Made by a program: the position numbers and the translations under genes. The notes beneath the pieces were generated by a model. It worked only from the letters and a program-made list of their open reading frames with translations. It was not told where the DNA came from and ran no database searches. From contig FP565575.1 in NCBI GenBank assembly GCA_000091165.1, positions 2,430,001 through 2,462,000 on the forward strand: 32,000 bases of DNA. Direction: 5' to 3'. This DNA comes from Candidatus Methylomirabilis oxygeniifera (GTDB lineage Bacteria > Methylomirabilota > Methylomirabilia > Methylomirabilales > Methylomirabilaceae). Below, piece after piece: positions 17,578-28,000 of this stretch (position 1 is the first letter of the stretch; each line of letters opens with the position of its first letter).

Positions 17578-19059
17578 GTGAAAGGGTTGTTCGATAATCT
17601 TGGGCTGAGGGCGAAACTGCTCCTGATGATGTTCTCCCTCCTGCTGCTGACGTTCGCCTCGCTGTTCGCGTTGTATTGGCACGCAGAGCTGGCGCTGATC
17701 GAGCAGGTGGAGAAACACACGATGGATCTGTCCACCGCGATTCAGATCAGCGTCGAGCGCCTCACCTCCCAGGAGCGGACCGATGAGGCGCGTCTCCAGG
17801 ACTATGTCAACCGCCTGCAACGAAAAGGCGTGAATGAGATCTCTATCGTCAGCAATGAGGAGGAGGTCATCGCCAGCAGCAACCCGAAGAGAGTGGGCGC
17901 GATGATTGACCCAAGCCACCGGGATCTGTTCATTACGGCCAGGCTGGGAGACACCCTGAAAACCGAGCACGGGCAAAAGAACTATAATCTGATTGTACCG
18001 ATCGTAGTCGGGAATCAGCGGATGGGTTACGCCCTGATCAGCATGGTGTTGGACGATTTCGCCCAGATCTCGCAACTGAACTTCATCAAGCGTCTGATTG
18101 CCACCGTACTGGTCTTTGGCCTTGGGATGGCCGCCTCCCTCGTTCTGTCATGGAAATACACTAGACCGATCGATCAGGTGGTCCAGGCGGCGCGTCGAGT
18201 GGCCCAGGGTGATCTCCGGGATACCTTACCGGTCGAGGGGCACGATGAGATCGGTGAGCTGACCGCGAGTTTCAACGATATGGTGCAAAAGCTGCGGGCA
18301 AACAAGGAGTTGGAGCAACGCCTACACCAGGCTGAGCGCCTCTCCAGCATCGGCCAGTTGGCCTCGGGCATTGCGCACGAAATCCGCAATCCGTTGAACT
18401 TCATCAACCTGAGCATCGATCATCTGCAAAGCCGGTTTTCACCCGCCGATCCCGGCTCGCGCGAGGAGTTCACCTATCTGGTCTCGTGGGTGAAAAGCGA
18501 GATCCACCGCCTGAATACGATGATTACCAATTTCCTGACCTACGGGAAGCCGCTCAAGCTTCAGCCGCGCCCATCCGATCTGACCTCGCTGCTCCATGAT
18601 GTGGTGAAGATGGTCAGCGGTAAGGCCGAAGAACAGGGGATCGAAATCGATTGCGGCTCCCTGGAAGCATTGCCGATACTGTCGGTAGATGGGGAGCAGA
18701 TCAGGACCTGTTTCGTCAACGTCCTGGTGAATGCTCTCCAGGCTATGCCTCAGGGGGGGAAGCTGGCGATCGCAACCAGGCTGGTGAACGAGACCGATTC
18801 GTCCGGGGGTCCATCGCCACTCGCCGCGAGCAGGCGCTGGATCGAGGTCAGTTTTCAGGATACCGGGCATGGGATCGCCACGGCAGACCTGCCGAGGGTG
18901 TTCGAGCCGTACTTTACGACCAAGGAGGTCGGGATCGGATTGGGATTGGCCCTGACGAAGAAGATTGTGGAAGAGCATGGAGGGACGATTGCGTTGGAGA
19001 GTATTCCAAACCGGGGCACTACGGTGAGCATCCGGCTACCGGTGGAGGAGCAGGTCTGA
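17578..19059 (+). CDS. Membrane sensor histidine kinase with HAMP (NtrB-like)
   Basis: N-terminal TM helix, periplasmic region, second TM (LIATVLVFGLGMAASLVLSWKY), HAMP, LSSIGQLASGIAHEIRNPLNFINLSIDHL (H-box), NVLVNALQAMPQGG (N-box), GHGIATADLPRVFEPYFTTKEVGIGLGLALTKKIVEEHGG (G-boxes). Confidence 0.93.
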   Translation: MKGLFDNLGLRAKLLLMMFSLLLLTFASLFALYWHAELALIEQVEKHTMDLSTAIQISVERLTSQERTDEARLQDYVNRLQRKGVNEISIVSNEEEVIASSNPKRVGAMIDPSHRDLFITARLGDTLKTEHGQKNYNLIVPIVVGNQRMGYALISMVLDDFAQISQLNFIKRLIATVLVFGLGMAASLVLSWKYTRPIDQVVQAARRVAQGDLRDTLPVEGHDEIGELTASFNDMVQKLRANKELEQRLHQAERLSSIGQLASGIAHEIRNPLNFINLSIDHLQSRFSPADPGSREEFTYLVSWVKSEIHRLNTMITNFLTYGKPLKLQPRPSDLTSLLHDVVKMVSGKAEEQGIEIDCGSLEALPILSVDGEQIRTCFVNVLVNALQAMPQGGKLAIATRLVNETDSSGGPSPLAASRRWIEVSFQDTGHGIATADLPRVFEPYFTTKEVGIGLGLALTKKIVEEHGGTIALESIPNRGTTVSIRLPVEEQV

Positions 19060-20522
19060 TGCGTGAGGGACGGATCCTGGTAGTCGACGACGAGGGTCCC
19101 CAGCGAGAGATCCTTCGGACCATCCTATCGGCTGAAGGCTATTCGGTTGAAACGGCACCGGGAGGGACGGAGGCCTTACGGCGCTGCCAGGAGAAATCGT
19201 ATGACCTGGTGCTGACCGATCTTCGAATGCCGGGAACCGACGGCCTCTCCCTTGTGGAGCGGCTGATCCGAGACGACCCCCCCACCCTAGTCGTTCTGAT
19301 GACCGCCTACGGCTCGCTGGATTCGGCCGAGCAGGCGTTGAAAAAGGGGGCCTTCGATTATCTGACCAAACCGCTGGAGCGGGAGGAGCTGCTCCTGACG
19401 GTAAAAAGGGCCTTCGAGCGCATCCAGTTGAGCCGGGAGAATCGGTTGTTGCGACAGCAGGCAGAGGAGCGTTTTCGCATCGAAGGGATCGTGGGCAGCC
19501 ATTTCCGGATGCAGGAGGTCTTTGAGAAGATCCAAAAGGTCTCAAACAGCAACACGACCGTGCTCCTCATAGGAGAGAGCGGGACCGGGAAAGAACTGAT
19601 CGCCAGAACCATCCATCGACAGAGTCCACGCAAAGATCGCCCGTTTATTGCCGTCAACTGCGCGGCCATCCCTGAGAGTCTGCTGGAAAGTGAGATCTTC
19701 GGCCATGAACGGGGCGCGTTTACGGGGGCCGTAGACCGACGGGCCGGCTGCTTTGAGCTGGCGAACGGCGGGACGATTTTCCTGGATGAGGTCGTCGAGA
19801 TGCAACTGCCGACCCAGCCGAAATTCCTACGTGTCCTGCAGGGAGAGACGTTCAGAAGGCTGGGAGGAAAAAGTGAGATCGACGTTGACGTTCGCGTCAT
19901 CGCCGCAACCAATCGGGATCCTGTCGAAGCGGTCAAAGACGGGCTTCTCCGGGAGGACCTGTTCTATCGACTGAACGTGGTCTCCATTGGAATCCCACCT
20001 CTCCGCGAGCGAAGCACCGACATCCCTCAACTCGTCGACTATTTCATCATAAAGCACGGTGGGAGCGCGGGAAAGCCGATCCGGGGGATCAGCAACGGAG
20101 CCATGCGGCTCCTGATGAACTATCACTGGCCCGGTAATGTCCGACAACTGGAGGCGGTGATCGAGCGGGCAAGCCTGCTCTCTGAAGGGCCTGAGATTCA
20201 GCATTATGATCTGCCTATCGAGGTTCGGTTCTTTGACCTTCCGGTCCTGTCTGCCTCATCGAGTATACCCGGCAGTAAGTTCGCCATCGAGATTCCCGAG
20301 CAGGGGATTCACTTTGAGGCGCTGGAGCGCGACTTGATCCTGCAGGCTATGGAGAAGTCCGACTGGGTGATCACGAAGGCGGCGCGCCTCCTGGGGTTGA
20401 GTTACCGGACCCTGCAGTATCGTCTGGAGAAATTTCAGATCAAACGGGACACAAAGGCCGCCTCCATAACTTCGGAGAGCGGATTCACTGAGCAAGGAGA
20501 ACAACGGAAAGGGGGGATGTGA
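19059..20522 (+). CDS. Sigma54-dependent response regulator (NtrC family: receiver, AAA+, Fis HTH)
   Basis: Starts MREGRILVVDDEGPQREI; VLTDLRMPGTDGL receiver; LLIGESGTGKELIARTIH, ERGAFTGAVDR (sigma54-contact GAFTGA), C-terminal ITKAARLLGLSYRTLQYRLEKF. ATG overlaps the kinase stop (TGATG). The track ORF starting at 18651 is an over-extension. Confidence 0.95.
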   Translation: MREGRILVVDDEGPQREILRTILSAEGYSVETAPGGTEALRRCQEKSYDLVLTDLRMPGTDGLSLVERLIRDDPPTLVVLMTAYGSLDSAEQALKKGAFDYLTKPLEREELLLTVKRAFERIQLSRENRLLRQQAEERFRIEGIVGSHFRMQEVFEKIQKVSNSNTTVLLIGESGTGKELIARTIHRQSPRKDRPFIAVNCAAIPESLLESEIFGHERGAFTGAVDRRAGCFELANGGTIFLDEVVEMQLPTQPKFLRVLQGETFRRLGGKSEIDVDVRVIAATNRDPVEAVKDGLLREDLFYRLNVVSIGIPPLRERSTDIPQLVDYFIIKHGGSAGKPIRGISNGAMRLLMNYHWPGNVRQLEAVIERASLLSEGPEIQHYDLPIEVRFFDLPVLSASSSIPGSKFAIEIPEQGIHFEALERDLILQAMEKSDWVITKAARLLGLSYRTLQYRLEKFQIKRDTKAASITSESGFTEQGEQRKGGM

Positions 20523-20618
20523 GTGGGAAGCGTGGTCAAGAAGCGGCGGCAAAAGATGAGCAAGCATAAGCATAAGAAACTGCTGAAGCGGACCAGGCAC
20601 CAGCGTCGGAAGAAGTAA
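20523..20618 (+). CDS. Small basic AURKAIP1/COX24-domain-like protein (31 aa)
   Basis: GTG start immediately after the preceding TGA, with GGGGGG-rich upstream purines; translation MGSVVKKRRQKMSKHKHKKLLKRTRHQRRKK matches the KKRRxKMxKHKxxKLLKRTRHQRRK pattern. Confidence 0.82.
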   Translation: MGSVVKKRRQKMSKHKHKKLLKRTRHQRRKK

Positions 20619-20749
20619 AGCCGGGCATTAAACGTTCGAGCGGCCAGGCTGTTCTAAGGAATAGATTTGAGGTAATGTGCCCTGCAAGAATACCGTTGCT
20701 GGGCTGGGCCGATCGGACGGGGGATGACTCTCGGTGAGAGACAAAGGCC

Positions 20750-21301
20750 TTGCGCGAGGCGGATTTCGAACTGATCGATCGATTCTTGCAGGGCGATGGG
20801 ACGGCGTTCGACGAACTAGTCCGGAAGCGCCAACGGGAGGTGTACAACCTGGCCTACCGGATGACCCGGAATGCCGACGACGCGCGGGACGTTTCGCAGG
20901 AGGCCTTCTTGCAGGTATATCGGAACTTAAGTCGATTTGATCGCCGTTCCAGCCTTTCTACCTGGCTGTACCGGATCGTCGTCAACCTGTGCCTCAACCA
21001 TTTGAATCGGGGCTCGCGAGCCCTCTACGCGACGGTCGACCAGCATCCTGATCCGGCCGATTTGGCGAAGGGGTCGCTTGCTCGGCTGGAGGAAAGGGAG
21101 CAAGCGGACGCGCTTACCCGCGCCATCGAGACCCTTCCACCGCAACAGCGGGCAAGCCTGACGTTGCGGGTTCATCATCACCTCGCGCACCGGGAGATCG
21201 CAGAAATTCTGGGGGTCTCCGAGGCAACCGCTAAGGTGCACTATTTTCATGCCGTACAGACGTTGCGGCGTAAGCTGGCACACTGGCGCGAAGGTGCGTG
21301 A
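20750..21301 (+). CDS. ECF-family RNA polymerase sigma factor
   Basis: FDELVRKRQREVYNLAYRMTRNADDARDVSQEAFLQVYRNLSRFDRRSSLSTWLYRIVVNLCLNHL (region 2) and TLPPQQRASLTLRVHHHLAHREIAEILGVSEATAKVHYFHAVQTLRRKL (region 4). Apparent TTG start. Confidence 0.93.
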   Translation: MREADFELIDRFLQGDGTAFDELVRKRQREVYNLAYRMTRNADDARDVSQEAFLQVYRNLSRFDRRSSLSTWLYRIVVNLCLNHLNRGSRALYATVDQHPDPADLAKGSLARLEEREQADALTRAIETLPPQQRASLTLRVHHHLAHREIAEILGVSEATAKVHYFHAVQTLRRKLAHWREGA

Positions 21302-21319
21302 GGAGGGAAGGCTGCTGCC

Positions 21320-22027
21320 ATGAGATGCGAAGACGTTAAGTTCGATCTGTTGGAGTTGATCGAGGGGGAACTGCCGAAGGCGCGTCGCTCTGAGGTCCTT
21401 ATCCATCTTGATGACTGCGCGGCGTGTGCGGCCGAGTTTTCTGCGTATCATGATCTCCTGACGCTTGTGCAGGTCGACCCGGTTCCTGAGCCGTCGCCAG
21501 GCTTTTGGGAAGAGTTTCTGCCTTCGGTGAAACAGCGAATTGGGCAGGAGGCCTCCAGGCGCAAGCCGACACCCGCCGCCTGGTTGACCGGCGTAAGATC
21601 GTGGTTGACGTTCCGGCCACGCCTCATCGCCGGCCTGGCGGTGGCGGCCGTATCAATGTTCATCGTCGTTCGGTTACCGGGCGTGTTGCCCGTGAGGGTG
21701 AATCGACAGGCAGCACCGGTTTTGACGGAAAAGCTCATCGGGCAGACTGGCGCGGCGCACACTGTGGCAGTGATACCTCGTTCCGATCGCAGGAACCAAC
21801 AATCCGGCGAAACGTTTGTGGTGGCCGGAGAGGTCGTCGAGGAGCCTTCGATCCTGATGGCGGCAATTCGGCGGCTCGGCGGGGTGGATGAAATTGCGGA
21901 TCGACTCGAAACAGCCTGGGTTCTGCGCCCGGAGGCCGATCTGGCAGACTCACTCGCCTCGCTCAACGAGGAGGAGCGCCAAGTCCTGCTGAATCACCTG
22001 AGTCATCTGAGAATGTCAGAGTCATGA
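21320..22027 (+). CDS. Anti-sigma factor with zinc-finger (zf-HC2-like) N-terminus and single TM
   Basis: MRCEDVKFDLLELIEGELPKARRSEVLIHLDDCAACAAEFSAYHDLL (H-x3-C-x2-C), central TM LIAGLAVAAVSMFIVV. Directly downstream of the sigma gene. Confidence 0.82.
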   Translation: MRCEDVKFDLLELIEGELPKARRSEVLIHLDDCAACAAEFSAYHDLLTLVQVDPVPEPSPGFWEEFLPSVKQRIGQEASRRKPTPAAWLTGVRSWLTFRPRLIAGLAVAAVSMFIVVRLPGVLPVRVNRQAAPVLTEKLIGQTGAAHTVAVIPRSDRRNQQSGETFVVAGEVVEEPSILMAAIRRLGGVDEIADRLETAWVLRPEADLADSLASLNEEERQVLLNHLSHLRMSES

Positions 22028-22641
22028 CACAATTACGGGAGCAATGCTCGGTCCGGTCTTGGCCTGTGACGGTAGCCGTCGTGGGGCTACTCTGGTTGTG
22101 CGGTCCGGTCTCAGAAGTCATGGCACAACCGCTTGTACCTGCCGCTCCGAAGGCGCCTGGGATGCCGGAGGGGAGACGCTTGATCGAAACGATCAAGATA
22201 TGGAAGATGACTGAGGCACTCAATTTGGACGAAGATCAAGCCGCCAAGCTGTTCCCAAGACTGGCCCAGTTGGAGGCTTCACGACGTGAATTTCACAGGC
22301 AACAGCGTATGTTGCGTGATGAGCTGACCGAACTTCTGAAGCAGCAGCCCTTACGCGACCAGGAGGTCAAGGCGAGACTCGAACGGTTAGAGCGCGCTGA
22401 AATCGACTTCAGAGGGCGAGAGCAAGTCATTAGGGGGGGGCTCCGGTCGATCTTGAGTGTAGAACAGCAGGCCCGGCTCGCCCTGTTCGAAGATCGATTT
22501 GAGAGTGAGATGCGCCGCGCCATCCAGGACCTTCGGCAGCGTCATCGGGGATTGCCCCCAGGTCCCGGCCAAGGCATCGAAGCGCCCGGCCCGAAGGATC
22601 AGCCTCCGACCCCTATGGAGAGCGAGTTGCCGCGCAGATAA
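22024..22641 (+). CDS. Periplasmic Spy/CpxP-like / heavy-metal-sensor-like protein
   Basis: Signal peptide-like N-terminus (VTVAVVGLLWLCGPVSEVMAQP) and helical EALNLDEDQAAKLFPRLAQLEASRREF...RLERLERAEIDF; 4-nt overlap with the anti-sigma gene. Confidence 0.6.
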   Translation: MTQLREQCSVRSWPVTVAVVGLLWLCGPVSEVMAQPLVPAAPKAPGMPEGRRLIETIKIWKMTEALNLDEDQAAKLFPRLAQLEASRREFHRQQRMLRDELTELLKQQPLRDQEVKARLERLERAEIDFRGREQVIRGGLRSILSVEQQARLALFEDRFESEMRRAIQDLRQRHRGLPPGPGQGIEAPGPKDQPPTPMESELPRR

Positions 22642-22723
22642 CGATCCGATTCGTTGACCGTGGCAATACGTCATGCCAGCCCGTTCGACCCATGAGGACG
22701 AAAGGATCGAGCGGACCCCGTGA

Positions 22724-22754
22724 GGCAGCGGAGCAATCTTCCGCTGCCGTTTTT
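22724..22754 (+). terminator. Rho-independent terminator
   Basis: GGCAGCGGA (724-732) - loop - TCCGCTGCC (740-748) followed by GTTTTTG; perfect 9-bp stem downstream of the sigma/anti-sigma/Spy-like genes. Confidence 0.82.
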
Positions 22755-22799
22755 GTTTTCGCCTATCTGCGTGCCTCGCACAGGCAGAGAGGCCCAGGG

Positions 22800-23169
22800 T
22801 GTCGTGGAATCCAGACTGACGAGCCTGTTCTTGAACCGGAACTTCGTGCCGAACGGCCCCGTCTCGCGACATCGCTCCAGGAGACGGAAGAAGAGCTGCT
22901 GATAGAGTTTCCCATGGACGATGTGCATTGGCATAGGAGAGGGAGGAGCGCTTCGGAGCCGAGATGCCCAGATGGACGAGCTTGCCTTCGCAGGTCTGCA
23001 GTCCTTGGCAGATCTCTTGTAAGGAGTGCGCTCGGCCGAGCTGGCAGAAGAGCATGGCGACGAACTGGCCCCAACTGTTAAAGCCCTTGGCATGCCGCTC
23101 GGCCCTGGTTGCTCGAACCAATTGTTCACACTCGAGCCTGGGAAAGAGTTGCAGGATTTGGCTGAACAT
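22800..23169 (-). pseudogene. IS4-family-like transposase N-terminal remnant, frameshifted and truncated
   Basis: Frame 1 (22911-23169): MFSQILQLFPRLECEQLVRATRAERHAKGFNSWGQFVAMLFCQLGRAHSLQEICQGLQTCEGKLVHLG...PKRSSLSYANAHRPWE. Continues in a second frame as YQQLFFRLLERCRETGPFGTKFRFKNRLVSLDSTT, ending near 22800. Confidence 0.85.
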
Positions 23170-23276
23170 GCTACAGACCTTTATGGTTGGGTCCTCCTTG
23201 GTTGGGGGTGATTGCCCGGGCGAACATGCACACCTTATCGTACCGTCGAGGGCTTAACCCTCGAAAGCTATTTTGG

Positions 23277-24569
23277 ATGAGAGTGCTGCAACTTCCTCGA
23301 TTCCGGGAACTTGTCCCGCTTAGCCGTAGCATACTGGAGGCGGCACGCAGAGCTGCCGCCCCTTCGCCGATCTATGCCGTCGGCGGCTATGTGCGGGATC
23401 TCCTCCTTGGTCGAGAAAATGCCGACATCGATTTGGTGGTTGAGGGCGATGCCATCGCCATAGCCGGACGCCTGGCGCACTCCCTCAAGGCGGTGGTCGC
23501 GTCTCACCCCAGGTTCGGAACCGCCCATCTGCGGCTTCCTGGAGGCGGAAAGCTCGATCTCGCCACCGCCAGGCGGGAACGATACCCGCACGCTGCCGCG
23601 CTGCCGGAGGTTCAGCCCGCCCCCCTCCTTGCCGATCTGTTTCGACGCGATTTCAGCATTAATGCCATGGCTGCCCGCATCGACCGTCATCGGTTCGGGC
23701 CGCTAATCGATCCGTTGGGAGGACTCCGGAACCTGGAGCATGGTCGGATCAGAGCCTTGCACGAGCAGAGCTTCATCGACGATCCTACCCGGCTTTTCCG
23801 GACAGCCCGATTTGAGGGTCGATACCGATTTCTTATTGCTCGCTGTACTCTGCGACTGATGAAGGCCGCAGTGAAGGAGGGGGCGGTCGGGCATCTTGCC
23901 GGCTCGAGAATCTTCAGGGAGCTCTACTTGATCGCGCAGGAACCATCGGCACCCCACATTATCTGGCGGCTCAGGGATCTGGGCGTATTGACGGCTATTC
24001 ATCCGGGACTGGCCCTCCCTGGGACCGCCTTTGGTCTGCTCGATCGGGTGCGGCAGGTTCTCGATCAGGCTCTGCCGATACCGTTGGCGGGGAAAGTCGA
24101 TGTAAGTCAGACGGTTTTCCTTGGGATGTTGTATTTTCTTCATCCGAAGACGTTTATCGCGGTTCTTAAAAGGCTCGCGCCGCCCCACCGGGTCGCCGAA
24201 AAGCTTGCGATTGATTACAAGGCATGTCGAAATACCGCACGGGCGCTGACGCGCGCCGTTGATCTTCGCCAAAGCCGGATCGCCAGGCTTCTCGATTCTT
24301 TGTCACCGGAGGCGAAGGTCGTCCTGCTGGCTATTCTTGCGAAGGGACCGGCACGGGAGGCGGTGTTCCACTACCTCACGACGTCATGGCAAATCGTTCC
24401 GCTGCTCAAAGGTCACGACCTGCGCCAGTTGGGGCTGAAGCCTGGCCCCATCTACCGGCAGGCCTTGGCTGCGCTGCGCTCGGCTAAGCTGGATGGGCGT
24501 CTCCACACCAGAGAGGACGAGACGTCGTTTGTCCTTCAGCGCTTCGCCGGAGGGCGCCTTCAAGATTGA
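23277..24569 (+). CDS. tRNA nucleotidyltransferase / poly(A) polymerase family (CCA-adding-like)
   Basis: IYAVGGYVRDLLLGRENADIDLVVEGDAIAIA, RFGTAHLRL, LADLFRRDFSINAMAARI, LIDPLGGLRNLEHGRIRALHEQSFIDDPTRLFRTARFEGRY. ATG at 23277 is preferred to the track start 23187. Confidence 0.88.
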   Translation: MRVLQLPRFRELVPLSRSILEAARRAAAPSPIYAVGGYVRDLLLGRENADIDLVVEGDAIAIAGRLAHSLKAVVASHPRFGTAHLRLPGGGKLDLATARRERYPHAAALPEVQPAPLLADLFRRDFSINAMAARIDRHRFGPLIDPLGGLRNLEHGRIRALHEQSFIDDPTRLFRTARFEGRYRFLIARCTLRLMKAAVKEGAVGHLAGSRIFRELYLIAQEPSAPHIIWRLRDLGVLTAIHPGLALPGTAFGLLDRVRQVLDQALPIPLAGKVDVSQTVFLGMLYFLHPKTFIAVLKRLAPPHRVAEKLAIDYKACRNTARALTRAVDLRQSRIARLLDSLSPEAKVVLLAILAKGPAREAVFHYLTTSWQIVPLLKGHDLRQLGLKPGPIYRQALAALRSAKLDGRLHTREDETSFVLQRFAGGRLQD

Positions 24570-24670
24570 CAAGGGTGTGTCCCTCTGTTACGGTTACTCA
24601 TAGTAATAGCCATGGTCCTCGGTGGCCCGAGACGCAACAGACTCGATGGACATTTTTCGAGCACAAAGGC

Positions 24671-25315
24671 ATGTCTGATCTGACACAGTTCATTCTGAAT
24701 TTGAGCGTGAGGCTGCCGGCCATCCTGGCAGCCTTGACGTTTCACGAGTATGCCCACGGGTGGGTGGCCGACAAACGGGGCGATTCGACGGCAAGGTTGT
24801 TAGGCCGCCTCACCTGGAACCCCCTCAGCCACCTGGATCCCATCGGGACTCTGGCCCTGATCTTCACGCCGGTGGGTTGGGCCAAGCCGGTTCCGGTAAA
24901 TTTCAACAACCTCCGACATCCGAGGCGCGATATGGTCTTGGTGGCAGCAGCAGGGCCGGGCGCGAACCTCATACTCGCCTCCGTGTGTGCCGGGTTGCTT
25001 CGACAATTCGACGGGACTGAGGGGATGGATGAATCTGCTGCCTGGTTGCTTTCATGGTTTACTCCGGTCTATCACATGTTGCGCTGGAGTGTATTAATCA
25101 ACGTCGCGCTGGCTGTCTTTAACTTGATTCCGGTGCTGCCGCTTGATGGCGGTCGCGTCATGGCCGGGCTTTTGCCCCCGCGGCAGGCGGCCTCATATGG
25201 CAGGCTGGAGCGGTACGGCTTTGTAATTCTCATCGTGCTGATCTTCAGCGGCGTGGTCGATCGATTGATCTGGCCGCCTATTGCGCTTGTCGCCGGGTTG
25301 TTGCTCGGCGCGTAG
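24671..25315 (+). CDS. Site-2 protease family (M50) membrane metalloprotease
   Basis: MSDLTQFILNLSVRLPAILAALTFHEYAHGWVADKRGD (HExxH), NPLSHLDPIGTLALIF, VALAVFNLIPVLPLDGGRVMAGLLP. Internal ATG at 24671 is the likely start. Confidence 0.92.
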   Translation: MSDLTQFILNLSVRLPAILAALTFHEYAHGWVADKRGDSTARLLGRLTWNPLSHLDPIGTLALIFTPVGWAKPVPVNFNNLRHPRRDMVLVAAAGPGANLILASVCAGLLRQFDGTEGMDESAAWLLSWFTPVYHMLRWSVLINVALAVFNLIPVLPLDGGRVMAGLLPPRQAASYGRLERYGFVILIVLIFSGVVDRLIWPPIALVAGLLLGA

Positions 25316-25338
25316 GTCCGAGAGGAGTACGGCAGTCG

Positions 25339-26325
25339 ATGCCGAAGGATCGGGTTTTGAGCGGGATGAGACCGACGGGTCGGCTCCACCTGGGCCATCT
25401 GTTCGGGGCGTTAGACAACTGGCGCCGACTACAGGAAGCGTATGAATGCTTCTTTTTCGTAGCCGACTGGCATGCACTGACGACTGAGTACGCAGACACA
25501 AAGAGCATTCGGGACAATATCTGCGAGATGGCCCTGGATATGCTGGCAGCCGGGATCGATCCCTCGAAGGCAACCCTTTTTCTACAATCTCGGCTTCACG
25601 AACATGCGGAGCTGTACCTGTTGCTGTCGATGATTACACCGGTCCCCTGGCTGGAGCGAAATCCGACGTACAAGGAGCAACAGCAAGAGCTCACCACGAA
25701 AGATCTCAGTACCCATGGGTTTCTGGGGTACCCGGTTCTCATGGCCTCGGACATACTCATTTACAAGGCCAATCATGTGCCGGTCGGGATCGATCAGGTG
25801 CCCCATCTGGAGTTGGCCAGAGAGATCGCGCGCCGATTCAATGCGCTGTACGGTGAGGTGCTCGTTGAGCCGCAGCCCCTTCTGACAGAGTTTGCGAAGG
25901 TTCCCGGCACCGACGGCCGCAAGATGAGCAAGAGTTACGGGAACGCCGTCTTTCTGTCCGATTCGCCCGAGCAGGTGGCCGCAAAGATCAAGCCGATGGT
26001 GACGGACCCGGCTCGGGTGCGCCGGCGTGATCCCGGTAATCCTGATGTCTGCCCGGTCTTCGACCTGCACAAGATCTTCACTCCAAAGGCGGAGCGGGAC
26101 ACCGTCATCGATCCCGGCTGTCGGACGGCAGGGATCGGATGTCTGGACTGCAAGGGCGTCTTGCTCCAGCATATGCTTCCCGCACTACGTCCTATCTACG
26201 AGCGGCGTCAGGATCTGGCGGCTCGCCCGGAGATTGTCCAGGAGGTCCTGGAGGACGGGTGGGCCAGGGCCAAGAAGGTGGCAGGAGAGACCTTGTCAGA
26301 GGTCAGGGCTGCGATGCATATGTAA
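25339..26325 (+). CDS. trpS: Tryptophanyl-tRNA synthetase
   Basis: RVLSGMRPTGRLHLGHLFGAL (HIGH-like), HVPVGIDQVPHLELAREIARRFN, GRKMSKSYGNAVFLSDSP (KMSKS). Confidence 0.95.
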   Translation: MPKDRVLSGMRPTGRLHLGHLFGALDNWRRLQEAYECFFFVADWHALTTEYADTKSIRDNICEMALDMLAAGIDPSKATLFLQSRLHEHAELYLLLSMITPVPWLERNPTYKEQQQELTTKDLSTHGFLGYPVLMASDILIYKANHVPVGIDQVPHLELAREIARRFNALYGEVLVEPQPLLTEFAKVPGTDGRKMSKSYGNAVFLSDSPEQVAAKIKPMVTDPARVRRRDPGNPDVCPVFDLHKIFTPKAERDTVIDPGCRTAGIGCLDCKGVLLQHMLPALRPIYERRQDLAARPEIVQEVLEDGWARAKKVAGETLSEVRAAMHM

Positions 26326-26365
26326 CATCAGCATTCAGCTAATACCTGATGGCTGATAGCTGATC
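26322..26365. repeat. Short dispersed imperfect palindrome between trpS and guaB
   Basis: ATCAGCATTCAGCTAATACCTGATGGCTGATAGCTGAT contains complementary ATCAGC/GCTGAT and repeated CAGCT/CTGAT words. Confidence 0.45.
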
Positions 26366-26371
26366 TCTTGA

Positions 26372-27844
<1,473 letters not shown>

Positions 27845-28000
27845 CGCGCGTTTATCGCGTCATTGCGTTGACGCGTTTATATACTTCTGGTAGCTACTCC
27901 ACCTCACACTCGAATGGGTCGTTAGACTCCCCGCAAACACAACAAACGCAATAGACGCAAGAAATACAAGAAACGTAGTACGTAACCAACGCATGAGTGT

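Noticed and set aside
18651-19058. Track ORF 18651-20522 suggests a protein with ~136 extra N-terminal residues
   Set aside because: The extension overlaps the histidine kinase catalytic domain out of frame and is not protein-like. The receiver domain begins at the ATG at 19059, which overlaps the kinase stop.
22692-23081. 129-aa plus-strand ORF
   Set aside because: Antisense to the IS4-like transposase remnant and overlaps the terminator.
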